Of a stretch of DNA of 63,821 nucleotides, positions 13,523 to 25,545 are shown piece by piece; positions within the stretch are counted from its first letter, which is position 1; every line of letters starts with the position of its first letter. The notes beneath the pieces are model-generated. The model did no database searches, was not told the origin of the DNA, and worked only from the letters and a program-made list of their open reading frames with translations. The position numbers and the translations under genes are program-made. The DNA comes from Podarcis erhardii (Eukaryota): assembly GCA_964252035.1 (NCBI GenBank), contig CAXUOO010000287.1. One strand, 5' to 3'.

Positions 13523-13897
13523 AGCCCATGCCAGTGTATACGGGAGCTAGTGCATGTTTTGTTCGCTATACAATTGCAGCCACAGAGAGCGACGAAGTCG
13601 AAAATAGTGCTGTTCTATTTAGACAGCTTTTTGTATGTATATTTATTTATATATGTATATATATAAGCGTGCTTTTGTTGTTGATGATTTTGGGGGGTGG
13701 TAAAGGTATCACCGTAAACTGCTCTCTAGCGGCTGGAGCTACGAAGAGTGAAGAAGCTGAAAATGCAGTCGTAGTGTGTGGAATTGCATCTTCATCGAAT
13801 CCACCCAGCCTTTCAGACGCCTTTTTCTGCTTTCTGGGCGACGACCTGAGTAAGCTTTACCGCTATCTAATCAATTTTAAACCACCAACTTAAATCT

Positions 13898-13947
<50 letters not shown>

Positions 13948-14503
13948 GCATGTCTATACACGTTTAATTACACGCGTACATATGTTTGTCAGCATCATGC
14001 GTTCTTACTTTAGAAGCTTCGTTCCTTCATAAATCTCTCTCTCTCTAGATTTAACTATATGAGTACATATATATATGTATATGTATATATATACTTCTGT
14101 TGTAAGAGAGAGATAAAGCCTTACATATAAGTATAATCTATACATGCGTTTTTTTCATGCTTCCACTCATGAAAGCGTATATATAATATGAAGACGTAAT
14201 GCGGTTATTTTCGAAGTATAGGGTGTGCTTTGCCTAGGAGCTTAGTCTGCTGCTATTGTGTTCGAACATATGCACATAAATAACATAATGTATAAGGATT
14301 TCATTATCAGCAGTAAGAGTCTGGGGAACTTCTCTCTCAGCCAGTGAGGTCGACTCGGTTCTTGATGGATATATCGTTAGACCCTCATCTGTAGACAACA
14401 TATATAGTATCCAATACATATATATACTTGTAGTGACAAGCAGGCGACCGACTACCTAGATTTGAACGCATATAGAAGACTGAGGGAAGCGTGTTTTCCC
14501 TGA
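11268..14503 (+). CDS. RPA3: Replication protein A 14 kDa subunit (RPA3)-like, multi-exon
   Basis: Exons 11268-11371 (AG|gtttgc), 12467-12579 (cag|A...G|gtaagg), about 13706 or 13730 to 13849 (A|gtaagc) and probably 14460-14503. Spliced: TPVYR-LISGAMLPQFLEEPVRLVGFFKALDTQNNSLTFTTTDG-ITVNCSL...NAVVVCGIASS...FLGDDL-NLNAYRRL. This matches the RPA3 OB-fold pattern RINxxML..F...V.lVG....lt.sDG...vev.G....gd.fdl..Y. The 3' exons are less certain. Confidence 0.62.
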
Positions 14504-16028
14504 TTTGATGGGCACATGGCTTTGCTATGGGTAGTTTTGCATCCAGACGTCGAGATACGTTTGCGAAATGGAATAATAGGCACTTATAGACATAATTTTA
14601 CTGATATTTGCATGCGAGACACAAGAGCAAGGAGAGCAGCATTTCAAGTATGCTTCAACAGTCGCACTGCAGCTTTCACTGAATTCTTCACGTTTTCTGA
14701 AGCGCGCTATAGAGGCATGCATCTACTGCTGCTGTTTTTAGTCGGCCGCTGCTATGAAGGCTGCTGCTGCTGCTCTGAAAGCTGAGAAAGTCGGTTTTTT
14801 CGCAGTTGATGATAAGAAGAGTTTCGCTGCTGCTCTTTTGGATTGCTACTGCTTTCGATGTTGCTTTTGGAACCGCCATATAATAAAAATTGGCGCAAGC
14901 TTCGCCTGCAGCAGGTCATTGCGATGTCCTATATCCTTGCTTCTTCTTCTTCAGAGCTGCACACATCTGCGCTGCTGCTGCGAATTTTTCTATCGATGCT
15001 GCGGTGGATTTCAGTAGGAGTCTATCAAAGCATTTTCTCCGCTATCCTGTTACTGCTGCTGCTAATGCAGTGCCTACGTTTGTTGCTGCTTCGATTCCTG
15101 CCTAATTTTGGCTGCTTTCATTGCTAAGGCTTTTTGCACAGACTTTCGCTGATGCTGCTGTTGGTGAGCTGCTGCAGATGCTGAACAGGCGAATCAAGTA
15201 ATCAAAACTGCTCATCACAACTTCTTCACTGTTCCTTTTTATGGAACTGAAACCCCTTCAGCAGACACTTCTACAACAGCAGCTCTTTCTGCTGCCCCCC
15301 TTTAGTGCGTCAAGTCGCAGCCTTCACTTCACACCACTCGTTTGGCTTTCCTTAAGCTCTTCTCACAACTACAGGAAGGCTTACATAAATACAAATTGAG
15401 AATATATACATATATATATGTAGACATTTGTATGTGCATGTGGAGTTATACATTCAAACCAACGTGAACGCTTTTTCTTTGAGGGTTGCTTGCGTACAAA
15501 TTCTCAGGTTCAAATTGTGTGTACCGGTCGATTTCCGTACTCGAAGACTGTTACTCAGATATACAGTTTTATGTGTAAGACAAGAGCAGCAAAGTTATCT
15601 GAAGCGCAATAATTGTCATCGTGTCTCGCGCTTTTCTGTGTTAGAACGTTTTTCAGCTTACAAGGTTCACTCTTCCACCAAGTACTTCGGTGTGCATATG
15701 TATATGTATGTATATACATATATTTATGCTAATAAGGATGAATAGATGGTTAGGTAGTTTCGGTCATTTGCATTTGTGTAGCAGCAATTGCAAGCGACAT
15801 CGCATGGTACTGGTGCTTTTGCAACAGCGGCTGTTTAGTCTCAATCATCACACATAAATTTCATATCTATCCCTATGGATCAAACTACTGGATAAACTAA
15901 ATGACATACACAATTTTGTATCTATGTATTGCGCGCTCATTTGCGACTGTTCGCCACTTTTTCTCCACTGTGTGAGTGAATGCCCCAAGATACTTATGTG
16001 ACAATAGAAGCACTCGAACCGAATCCAC

Positions 16029-16031
<3 letters not shown>

Positions 16032-16088
<57 letters not shown>
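16032..16088. repeat. (TA)n microsatellite, one of many in the window (others e.g. 2068-2116, 11598-11637, 41521-41580)
   Basis: Perfect TA run. Confidence 0.95.
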
Positions 16089-16091
<3 letters not shown>

Positions 16092-16198
16092 TGGCCCACG
16101 AGTAGTTGTGTAAGTTCATTACATCAGGTGAGAAACGAAAAAAACCGCTTGCTTCTTCTATTTCGAATTTATATCTGCATACACCAAATTGGCTGTAG

Positions 16199-16657
16199 TT
16201 CTACGCCCACGACAAATACATCGGATATAAAGAATCTATTTTCATATCTATGGTACACATATGTCTGTGCTCGGATGATTCATCTCTGCATGCATATTTG
16301 GAACTTAAAAGAACTTCGTCTAGGGAATTTTGGGATTTTTTGACAATTCAAGAAATATGTATCTTGTTCGAGTGAGGCATTCTCATGAAGTGCTGCGATG
16401 AACTTGCCATATTTACGCGGAGCTGCTACTTTCGCAGCACAGTTTTCTTTGTTTTTCGGCTGTTGCGTAAGTTCGCAGACACCAGTGATTTGTGGAAAGG
16501 CAGCACAACCAACCGTTTGACTGTATACTGTGTCTTTGGTATATATATATATAAATATATGTTTCAGTATGTGAGAATACATATATACATATATATATAT
16601 AATAGAAACTTTTCTGTCTGCACACGTTGTATGTGTATGAATTTGTGTATGGTTCCC

Positions 16658-16711
<54 letters not shown>

Positions 16712-17155
16712 TGTTTTGTAAGAGTTGGTGTTTACATGCTTGACCTAGTTTGAGCGAACGTGCATCTGCAATACATATAGGTACTGAACTTTGCGCATTC
16801 TTACAAGGATATTGCCCTGTACGATCTGAGGTATAATTCTTTGATTTTTGAAAATTAATCATTTGTCAGAAATGGTTTCCATTAGAAGTGTCCTGTTACG
16901 GAAACAGGAATTTTTGAGCGCAGCGCGCCACGTCCCAATTTTATCGACACCCGTCAATCACGCGAATTATGCTTTGACAATTATGTAATACATATGTACG
17001 TACGCAAACGTATAGGTAATGACATACGTATCATTTATGTATATATCTGTGTATACAGTCGAATGGCTGCCTGTGTCTACTCTATCAACAAATCGCAATA
17101 AAATTGCAATAACGTCCGAGCCGCCCAGTTGAAGCAGCTGCAGAAGGCATTATGA
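16199..17155 (+). CDS. Possible small multi-exon gene, unknown product
   Basis: AG..GT-bounded open segments: 16199-16252 (FYAHDKYIGYKESIFISM), about 16398-16466 (MNLPYLRGAATFAAQFSLFFGCC|gtaagt), 16781-16830, about 16908-16982, and a terminal VRAAQLKQLQKAL* ending at 17155. The phases could not all be reconciled. Confidence 0.25.
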
Positions 17156-18896
17156 CTACTTGTAGCACGCTTCTTCCCTTGCATACATACTTACACAAGT
17201 AAATTATAAGTAAACTTACTATAAGTTTCAATAGATACACATGTATATGAACTGACCATTCAAATCTGGAGGCAAATTTTTGCTAAAAAAGGCGGCTTTA
17301 AAATGTGCTATCAGCGGCTTACGCTACAGATAGTTACATATATATATACGGTTTTTTACTTATTTACTTATCTAGTCGAAGGTTTTAAGGCGCTAACAGC
17401 AGCATAAGCCATAAACAGCTACAAATTACTTCCGTATTAACAGCAGGGTATATAGGAACAGCATCTGTAGCACGTACAACCACGCTACAAAGAGGAGCAC
17501 TAGTAGCAGCAGCCACGCCACCGATACCGATAGAAGTTACGGCTGTAGCAGCACAAAAGATTGAAATTAGTATCCGCAGTAGCTATACTAGCAACAGCCA
17601 GGATGGAACGACGCTAGTTACAGCAACAGAGACTGCACAAGCGTGAGAAACATCAGTGCAATTGACTGTCAGTAGCCGAGTGGTGCTGCTCGATGTTCTC
17701 CTACTGGCTAGTGCAGCGGTCATAGCGAGACTTTGTTGTTGCTTTTGCTGTAGCTGCAAATGCTCTTACATATGGAGCAGCGACAGCAACACGCAAAGCA
17801 AAACAGTAACAAAAGCTGCTGCTGTAACCAAAGCAGATGCATCACCATCAGCGGAAGCGGAAGGCGTGATTCTACGAAGCAAAGTGTGGAGACACGCATA
17901 TATGACCACTACCCATTGTTGTACACTGAAGTATGTGAAATTTTACATGTATTCATACAAATATGTATATATATATATATATATAGAGTAGAACTGTACG
18001 TAGAAACATGACAGGGAACTCTTCAGACGTGTTTGAGAAGTATCCGCCACCTTTCAGCAGAAACACCATGCTCTTCGTCTCTCCAGCTGTTTGCGAGGGT
18101 TTCAAGCAACTGTGAAGAACGCAGACCTTGCATAGCACTTGATATATACAGACATACACTCAACACATATACATGAATCTACGTCTTGATATTGCGGGCA
18201 ACTGCATACAACAAGTTTCAGAGCATTCTCACAATCGTCTGCGTACTTGAATATCGTCCAACAACACATACACAATACATCCACCCTATGTATACGTACA
18301 AATACGAAAAATTTATCATCGTTACATACATACTGTGTGTGTAACTTTTTAAAATGCGGTTGGAAGGCAGCAGGAACATTTGCTGCACAATACAACTTTC
18401 ACAATATATACATATATATATATGTTTAAGCGGAAATTGAAAACTTGAGTCAACAGGAATATGCATTTTCTAATATGTGCGATTGAGCAAGACGTGTGAT
18501 GAAACAACATCCATATATATAGTTCACGATCGAGCAAGAGGAAAACCCTTGTGGACACAGACTTGTCCAGTGCAGCATTTTCGCGTCCACACAAAACGAG
18601 ATACACCCGTCCGTCTGAGAGAAAAAAACAGAGAAAATCCACCCATTCGATCCCGTCTCTTGTCTTCATTAGCGCACAGTTCCTCCCTCATTAGCAAAAC
18701 TTTCTCTGTGATCTGTAGTAGCCCTCACTGGCATGTAGATCTTTTCGTGTATATATGTGAGCGAGATACACCTCAAATGAGCTACAGAGACGCTCTGCGC
18801 TGTCTAGTTGGTACGCTGTGGAAGGGGAATCTAGCACAACACAGCAAAAGCCACTGCACAAAAATACAATGTTGAAGTGAATCCTGCTCAAGCCCG

Positions 18897-19227
18897 CTAC
18901 TCTTCTCCCATCAGCATCAGAACTCTCGTTTTCTGTCACTCCCTCGACGCCGTCTGCATCTTCTTCTTCGTCCTCCTCCTCCTCTTGTTCGTCTTCTCCT
19001 TCTGCCTCCTCACTGCTGCCTGTGAAATCTTTCGTCATCACTTTCAGACAACTCGTCTTCGTTTTTTTCTGCAAAAGAAGTGCCTTTTCCTGAAACTTCG
19101 TCTTTTTCTGCAAAAGAAGTGCCTTTTTCTGAAATTTGCTGATTCTGCAGCAAGCGCAGCACACGAGCTGCTGCATGGCCTTCAAAGACACCCCCATTTG
19201 CTGCAGCGTCTCCACTGTTTCCTTCAC
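18897..19227 (-). CDS. M16 peptidase last exon with acidic tail
   Basis: ctgcag|GTGAAG; VKETVETLQQMG...EEAEGEDEQEEEEDEEEDADG. The stop at 18897-18899 is inferred by removing one G at 18907-18909; as assembled the ORF runs on to 18691. Confidence 0.65.
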
Positions 19228-22200
19228 CTGCAGAATCGCACACACCCAAAATCAATCAAATATCGTGAATCCACTTCTTTTAGTTGCTTTTTCTGTTACA
19301 AACACAACTAGGCCTCTAAAACGCCCTAACTGTTGGTGAAGCTACACACCAGAAGTGCGCTCTCCAACAACCAATCACGCTTAGCATCCTCACTTTTTTG
19401 CTCCAAACAGCCCAACAACAAAGTGTTGCAAAAAAATGAGGCTTAACAAATTGTGGAAAAAGGATGCTTAACAAATTGTGGAAAAAGGATGCTTAACAAG
19501 TTGTGGAAAAAGGATGCTTAACAAATTGTGGAAAAAGGATGCGATGATTTGCTTCAAACCACTGCAGCCCAAGCTTCAGCAGCAAAAACAGCCCCTGCCT
19601 TGCGATGCTAGCAGTAGAGAGATTGGAGCGCATGCAAGGAAGAAAATGGAAAAGAAGACGTCAACTTGGGCTAGACATAAAAAAGCACTTGAGTACATAT
19701 GAAGTGCAGTAACTGCAGAAAAAGAGAGAGAATGAGAGAGCAAAGTAGCTTCACTAGTAGGTAAAAGTCATCTGCAGATTTTGCAAGCTAGTTGCTCCAA
19801 TAATATAGAGACTGCAAAGTAGGAGGGCGGCTGTTGTTTTATCAGCGCACAAAACACAGTACGGGTATAGACACAGACGTGGAGAGTGAGAGAAGACAGC
19901 GTCAATAACAAATAGGCATAAACCTGTTTAAATACTGACGCTGCTGCTGCTGTGTGTTGTTGTCGCAGTACTATCTACACAACAGCAGATGAGCCTCAGT
20001 CAGGGATTGAACCGTCAAACTCAACAAAATACGAAGAAAAACAAAAAAGACTGAATTTCACTGGAGACTGTACTGTATGCACAGCTGCAACGGCGAAGAA
20101 AAAGCATGGCGCTCTATATTTCCCAAAAAACGCTCTGGTTGAAAAACAAACAATCGCTCTATTTTCCAGCTATGAAATTTCACCTTTTCATCGATCGATA
20201 CAGACACGCACATAAATAGAGAGCGAGAGAGTGCAACTGCATTGAAAAGCACGCACATCTTTCATCACTCGTCTCTTTGGGTGGCGTCTGGGCGTTTTTC
20301 GCAATAAAGATTGTCTCTATTGCGAAAGTTTCAAGTGTATTTGATGCGTTATGTATGTCTTTGGATACAGTCGAATCACACACACATTTACAGGAGATAG
20401 TTGAATAAAACGAAAACACCCGTAACACACCTTTTTCCGGTTCGTTACCAACAAACAGTGCCGCCAACTCGTCTTCGTTCTTCTTCAGAACCAGTAAGGG
20501 CCACTACGACTGCTTGCATATATTTCGCAGCTGTTGCATGCACATCTGCTGGAGATGCTGCAGCAACAGCCGCTAAAAGTTGTTGATTCTTTTCTCTACT
20601 TTCTCCTCGTAAAGGCCACAAAAGCGCTTGCGCTGCTTGACAGCTTTGGGTTTCTTCATTGCTGCACAAAAATCATCCTAGTTATTCACATACATATATA
20701 TATATATATATAGATGCATGCATATGGAGCTAGTTTTCACATACCTGTAGAATATATAAATATATATATGTATATATACATATGCATCGTCTTGTTGTGA
20801 ATCTATAAAGGGCAGTATTGTCTGAAGGCCCCTCTATGCACTTGACCTATTAGCTGAAATTCAAGATTTGATTAGCGTATATGTGTGGGAATAAGCAGTG
20901 TACTTGAACAAAGCTGTATTTTTCATACAGACACCGGCTGTTTTTTCAGACCGGTGCAGACATACACGCGTGTGGAGCTATTGTACCCATACATGCAGGA
21001 GTTTGAGACAATACCTATCACACTTGCTATATACGTTATATATAAATATATATATACATATATATATATGTATAACGTATATATATATTGGGGACATTCT
21101 CCAGTTGTATACTCAGCTCTGTCACAAATAAACGGCCCTTTTTTTGTGTAGAGCGATCAAACAGAAGTCGAGTTTACTACGACCTAGCACATCTGAGACA
21201 AAAAACGGAAAGGAGCCAAAACAGTTCTCGCCATAATATACAACGCAAAAGCGAAAATTACAGATGCTCGAACAAAAAGCAGCTGTACATATCCATACGA
21301 AAACATATGTATGCTCGCCCCAAATAGAGCAAATCTACACAAAGAAAGGCTAACCGTCGACATTTCTTCACAAGCAGACACCTACAATCATCTATGCAAA
21401 CACTTACCTAAATGCGATGTATACATTTTAGATTTGTGCAGATAAATTGTGTAAAAAGTGCATATGGATCTACGGTAGATGGGTCAAGAGAAACGGTACT
21501 TGTTTGTGAGCAGAGACATGCATAAGCGTCAACAATTAGAAATATATGAAAGTAGATCAGTAGGCAATACCTGACTATAGAAAAAAGAGTGCTGCATTTG
21601 GCTGCCTCTAGTTCTTCAGAAGAAATGATGGGCTCTATTTCTGATTTCTCTGTATTTTGCTGCTGCTGTGCAGCCTCGTAGAGAGCCAAGCGTCTTCTGA
21701 ACTCCGCAAGCGTAGCCTTCACTGCCTGAGAAAAATCACACTGCTTGACTTTTGACGTCGATTGCATTTTTTATTTTATTTTTTGACTACCAAATAACTC
21801 AATAACTCCAAATTCACACAGACAAGCGCATGCGTACCTTTTGTCAGCCCTTTCTCTGCAGTTCACGAAAAAGCACGTTTGTATACGCAGTTCGCTAGAC
21901 TACGTCTTGTATTTTCTCCTCAACCGAAACAGAGACATGCACATACACAAAATTACGCATAAACATATATATACAAGTGTGTGTGTGAGTATATGAATGT
22001 TATGTAGATTTCTCAATGTTCTTCACCATCACGTCGACTACATTTCTTTACTGTGAAGACGTGTGTGAGTGTAGTTTCTGCAGTTAAGAGTGTCGAGAAA
22101 TGCCGAAGAAACGAAGCGTCTCAACACATATAAAGGAGACAGAAGCGGCAAAAGCATGCAATTTCTGTGCGGAAATCGCAAGAAGAAACAGCGAAAGAAA

Positions 22201-25200
22201 AACGCGACAGAGAAATTGGGCACTGTGCGGAGCAGTAGAGAGAGAAAAGCAGGTTTTTGAGAGCGCACTAGGAAAAATTCAACAGCTATCCACGCCACAC
22301 AACTAATCTCCATGTGAGACTGACAGAATACACCAAGCCAGGCCAACTAGAACTAAGCAGACACAGAAGCATAAACCGCATCAAAATACACACACATATT
22401 ATATATATATGTATGTATACATTAATAAACGTTATAAAGATACACACATGTTACTTCTGAATATGAAGAAACACCACAAACATATATATATATTTGTTTA
22501 TATGTGTATGCAGATTCAACGACAGCACAGCTTATAGCAAGCAGGAGAGAGAAAGTTCGGGTGATAGGCCAGGAGTAGTAGAGAGGCAAGACTCAGAGAA
22601 AAAGCGAAAAGCAGCAGTGGGCCCGCAACAACAACAGATGGGTGTACGTACACCAGCGGGGTCAGTGGCAGGCGAAAGTCGCAGACTAAGTTGGCCTTCC
22701 AAGGCGCATGCGTTAAGCTGCAATTGTAAGCAAATCCAGCGCCGCGAACGACTCGGTAAAGGACCCCTGCAAACAAAGGAGAAAAAAGAGGGAGGAAGAA
22801 TCTGTCTGGACAAACGAGGTGTACAGACACCACTCGGAAAACCGGAAAGTCGCACGAAAGGGGAAAAAGAGATTGCGAGGCAGTTGGTTCGCTGAGCAGT
22901 CTCATGCACAGACAAATCTTCTTTTTGAGAGCCACAAAAGTCGTCCCGAATACAACAACACGTGATTGAGAAAAAGAAAAAAAAGGAAAGGACGCCTCCC
23001 ACGACTGCTGAGGAGGAAGAAGGCTAGGAAAAAAGGAGGTGTGCACCAGGCATCAGAAAATGAGAGATCTAAAGAGGTGAGTGGCTTGTGAGGGTTTCTT
23101 CTTCAGAGAAAGTTGCGCACAGACTAATGGTATCGAAGCAGCAAAAAAGAACAGAAACTGCAAAGAACGAGAATCGCGTCGTGAAGACAGTCAGCAAGGA
23201 AAGATGAAAAAGCCATGTTGAAGAAACTTCACTTTCTAGACAAACAACCCGTGCAGACTCTTCGTGTGCGAGTGTTCAAACGGAAAAAGGAAAGAAACGA
23301 GAGAATTCGTGGAAAAAAGACGAAGAAAGTGGTGTGAGGCAGTTCAGAGCTCGACATACAGTCCATTTTGAACTCACAGACATGCATTATACTTATTAAA
23401 TCATGGAGATAAGATAGGGCAACAACAAAAACCAACAAGAAGAAACAGTCTGAAATACAGCGAGCCGCACACACATCAGTCAATGAAAAATTCCCAACAG
23501 AAACAGTGTCGAAAGTAGAAGCTCATAGTTTCGATAGTTCAGCAGCAGAATACATTGGCGTAGCAGAGAGGAATCATCGGAAACTGAGAAGGACCAAAAC
23601 AAAAAAAAAAACGAGGCAAATATGTGTACATCTTGTTCTCTATATATGCAGGAGTTGGTATTCCATATTGTGAATGAGACTCAAAGCGAAGAAGCAACAA
23701 CACCTGTCAAAACCGCTCCGTCAACAAACTCCTGCTAATAAAGAACAAGTTCGGCTCGTTTCACGTAGTAACTTTGTGCATAATTTACGGGTATACGGAC
23801 GTAGAAATGCACACATATTTCCACGTACATACTTATATTTTATATATATATGTATACTAGAGAATTTCGATAATACTTTCTCGGCGTAGAAAAGTACGTG
23901 CTCTACAAATATGGCCCAGTCAACTCAGAAGCGCTAGTCAGATACTAGCACAAAACTGTACGCGGAATCAGCGATAAAAGGACTTGTTCCAAACTGTTGG
24001 AGATCCACAAAAAGCATACATTCATCTACGTGTAATATTGTTCTATTTGTACATACAGTTGTATCACTTGTATATATATATATAATGTTGTTCCAGAAGA
24101 GATTTACATAACTGATTATGAGTCAAGCACATATCTTCTGTCACATCTCTGCACTTGCGTAGACGCTTGAGGATTGATGTTTTAAATATAAATGCAACAC
24201 CTATCATATGGCGCTCTTTGCCTTTGTAGCTTTCTACTAAGCGGCGTCAGACTAAGCAAGAACTGCCGTTTGAGACTTCGTCTTGCACTGAAATTTGGGA
24301 CAACTAGGTAGATATCCATCTCTCTCTATGAAGGAAAAAGCATGCATGTCATCATAGCACGTTCGACATCAACACACACACACATATAAATATACATGTA
24401 TGTATGTATGTATATAACTTCCATCATAGAGCAGCACTCAGTCATGATAGCAACATATATATATGTATGTGTATACCTTCCATCATAGAGCAGCACTCAA
24501 TAATAGCAATATATATATATGTTTGTATATACCTTCCATCATAGAGCAGCACTCAGTCATGATATAGCAACATATATATATGTATGTATATACCTTCCAT
24601 CATAGAGCAGCACTCAATAATAGCAACATATATATATGTATGTATATACCTTCCATCATAGAGCAGCACTCAGTCATAATAGCAAGAGCAGCCCATTCTT
24701 GTTCATTGGCATAACCCACTGGGGCTGCGACAGTGACGAGTACGTGGCCTGCGTCACTACTGCCAATGCCGCATGCAACGCCCAAACTTTTCCCAAAAAA
24801 AAGAGGGGCGCTTGAAGCTGTGTTGAATGCGTTTTTTTTCAGAGACGAACAAATTCGCAGCAGCAGAAGGGCGTATTTCCAGAGCCTGATTCACAGGTGG
24901 AAACAAGAAGCAGTTTCTCACGCAGTCTGAGGGGTGGTGAACTTGCATGCGTCGACGATTCTCCTCCTCAGTATCAGCCCCCCCCACAAGAAGAGTAGTA
25001 TCAAAAGAACAACCAAGACTTTTCGTAGTAGTTGTACTAGAACTCGTAGTAGTAGGAGTAGGATTCGACGGTTTGTTGAGAGCCCGTGCAGCAGCAGGAG
25101 GGTGAAACTGCTTGAGTGGGTGTTTTGATTGGCTGCAGTAGGCGACTGCAAAGCTGAATCCAAGGCAGTTCCCACTGAAGAGGCAAGTGCTCTGCGTCGG

Positions 25201-25493
25201 CTACAATGTGTAGACAAAAACAGCACCGAAAACAGCCTGTTCCTCTGCAAAAAACACACCCGCTGTTTGTGTGGGCACCTCCACCACCATCACCACCACC
25301 ACCACCACCACCACAATTACCACCATCAGAGTGGTAAGGGGTGGTGCTGCTGTCGCTGCTTTCTTCTAGGTGGCTACTACTACTACTACTACTACTATTA
25401 CTATTACTACTACTACTATTAGTAGTGAGGAAGCTTCCACTGAACGAAGAAGACTGGTGGTGGTTGAGGCGTGCACTGTTGCTGAGGAGTGGT

Positions 25494-25545
<52 letters not shown>

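Noticed and set aside
14690-15370. CAG-rich coding-like block (similar ones at 3240-4100, 17400-17900, 58100-58680)
   Set aside because: Stops in all frames and no coherent splice chain; consistent with decayed triplet repeats typical of these genomes.
16199-16470. In-frame TGA (AFS*SAAM) as a selenocysteine codon
   Set aside because: Exon boundaries are unresolved, no SECIS was recognised and there is no redox motif context.
19441-19540. CRISPR-like array
   Set aside because: Units abut with no unique spacers, and the context is eukaryotic and intronic.
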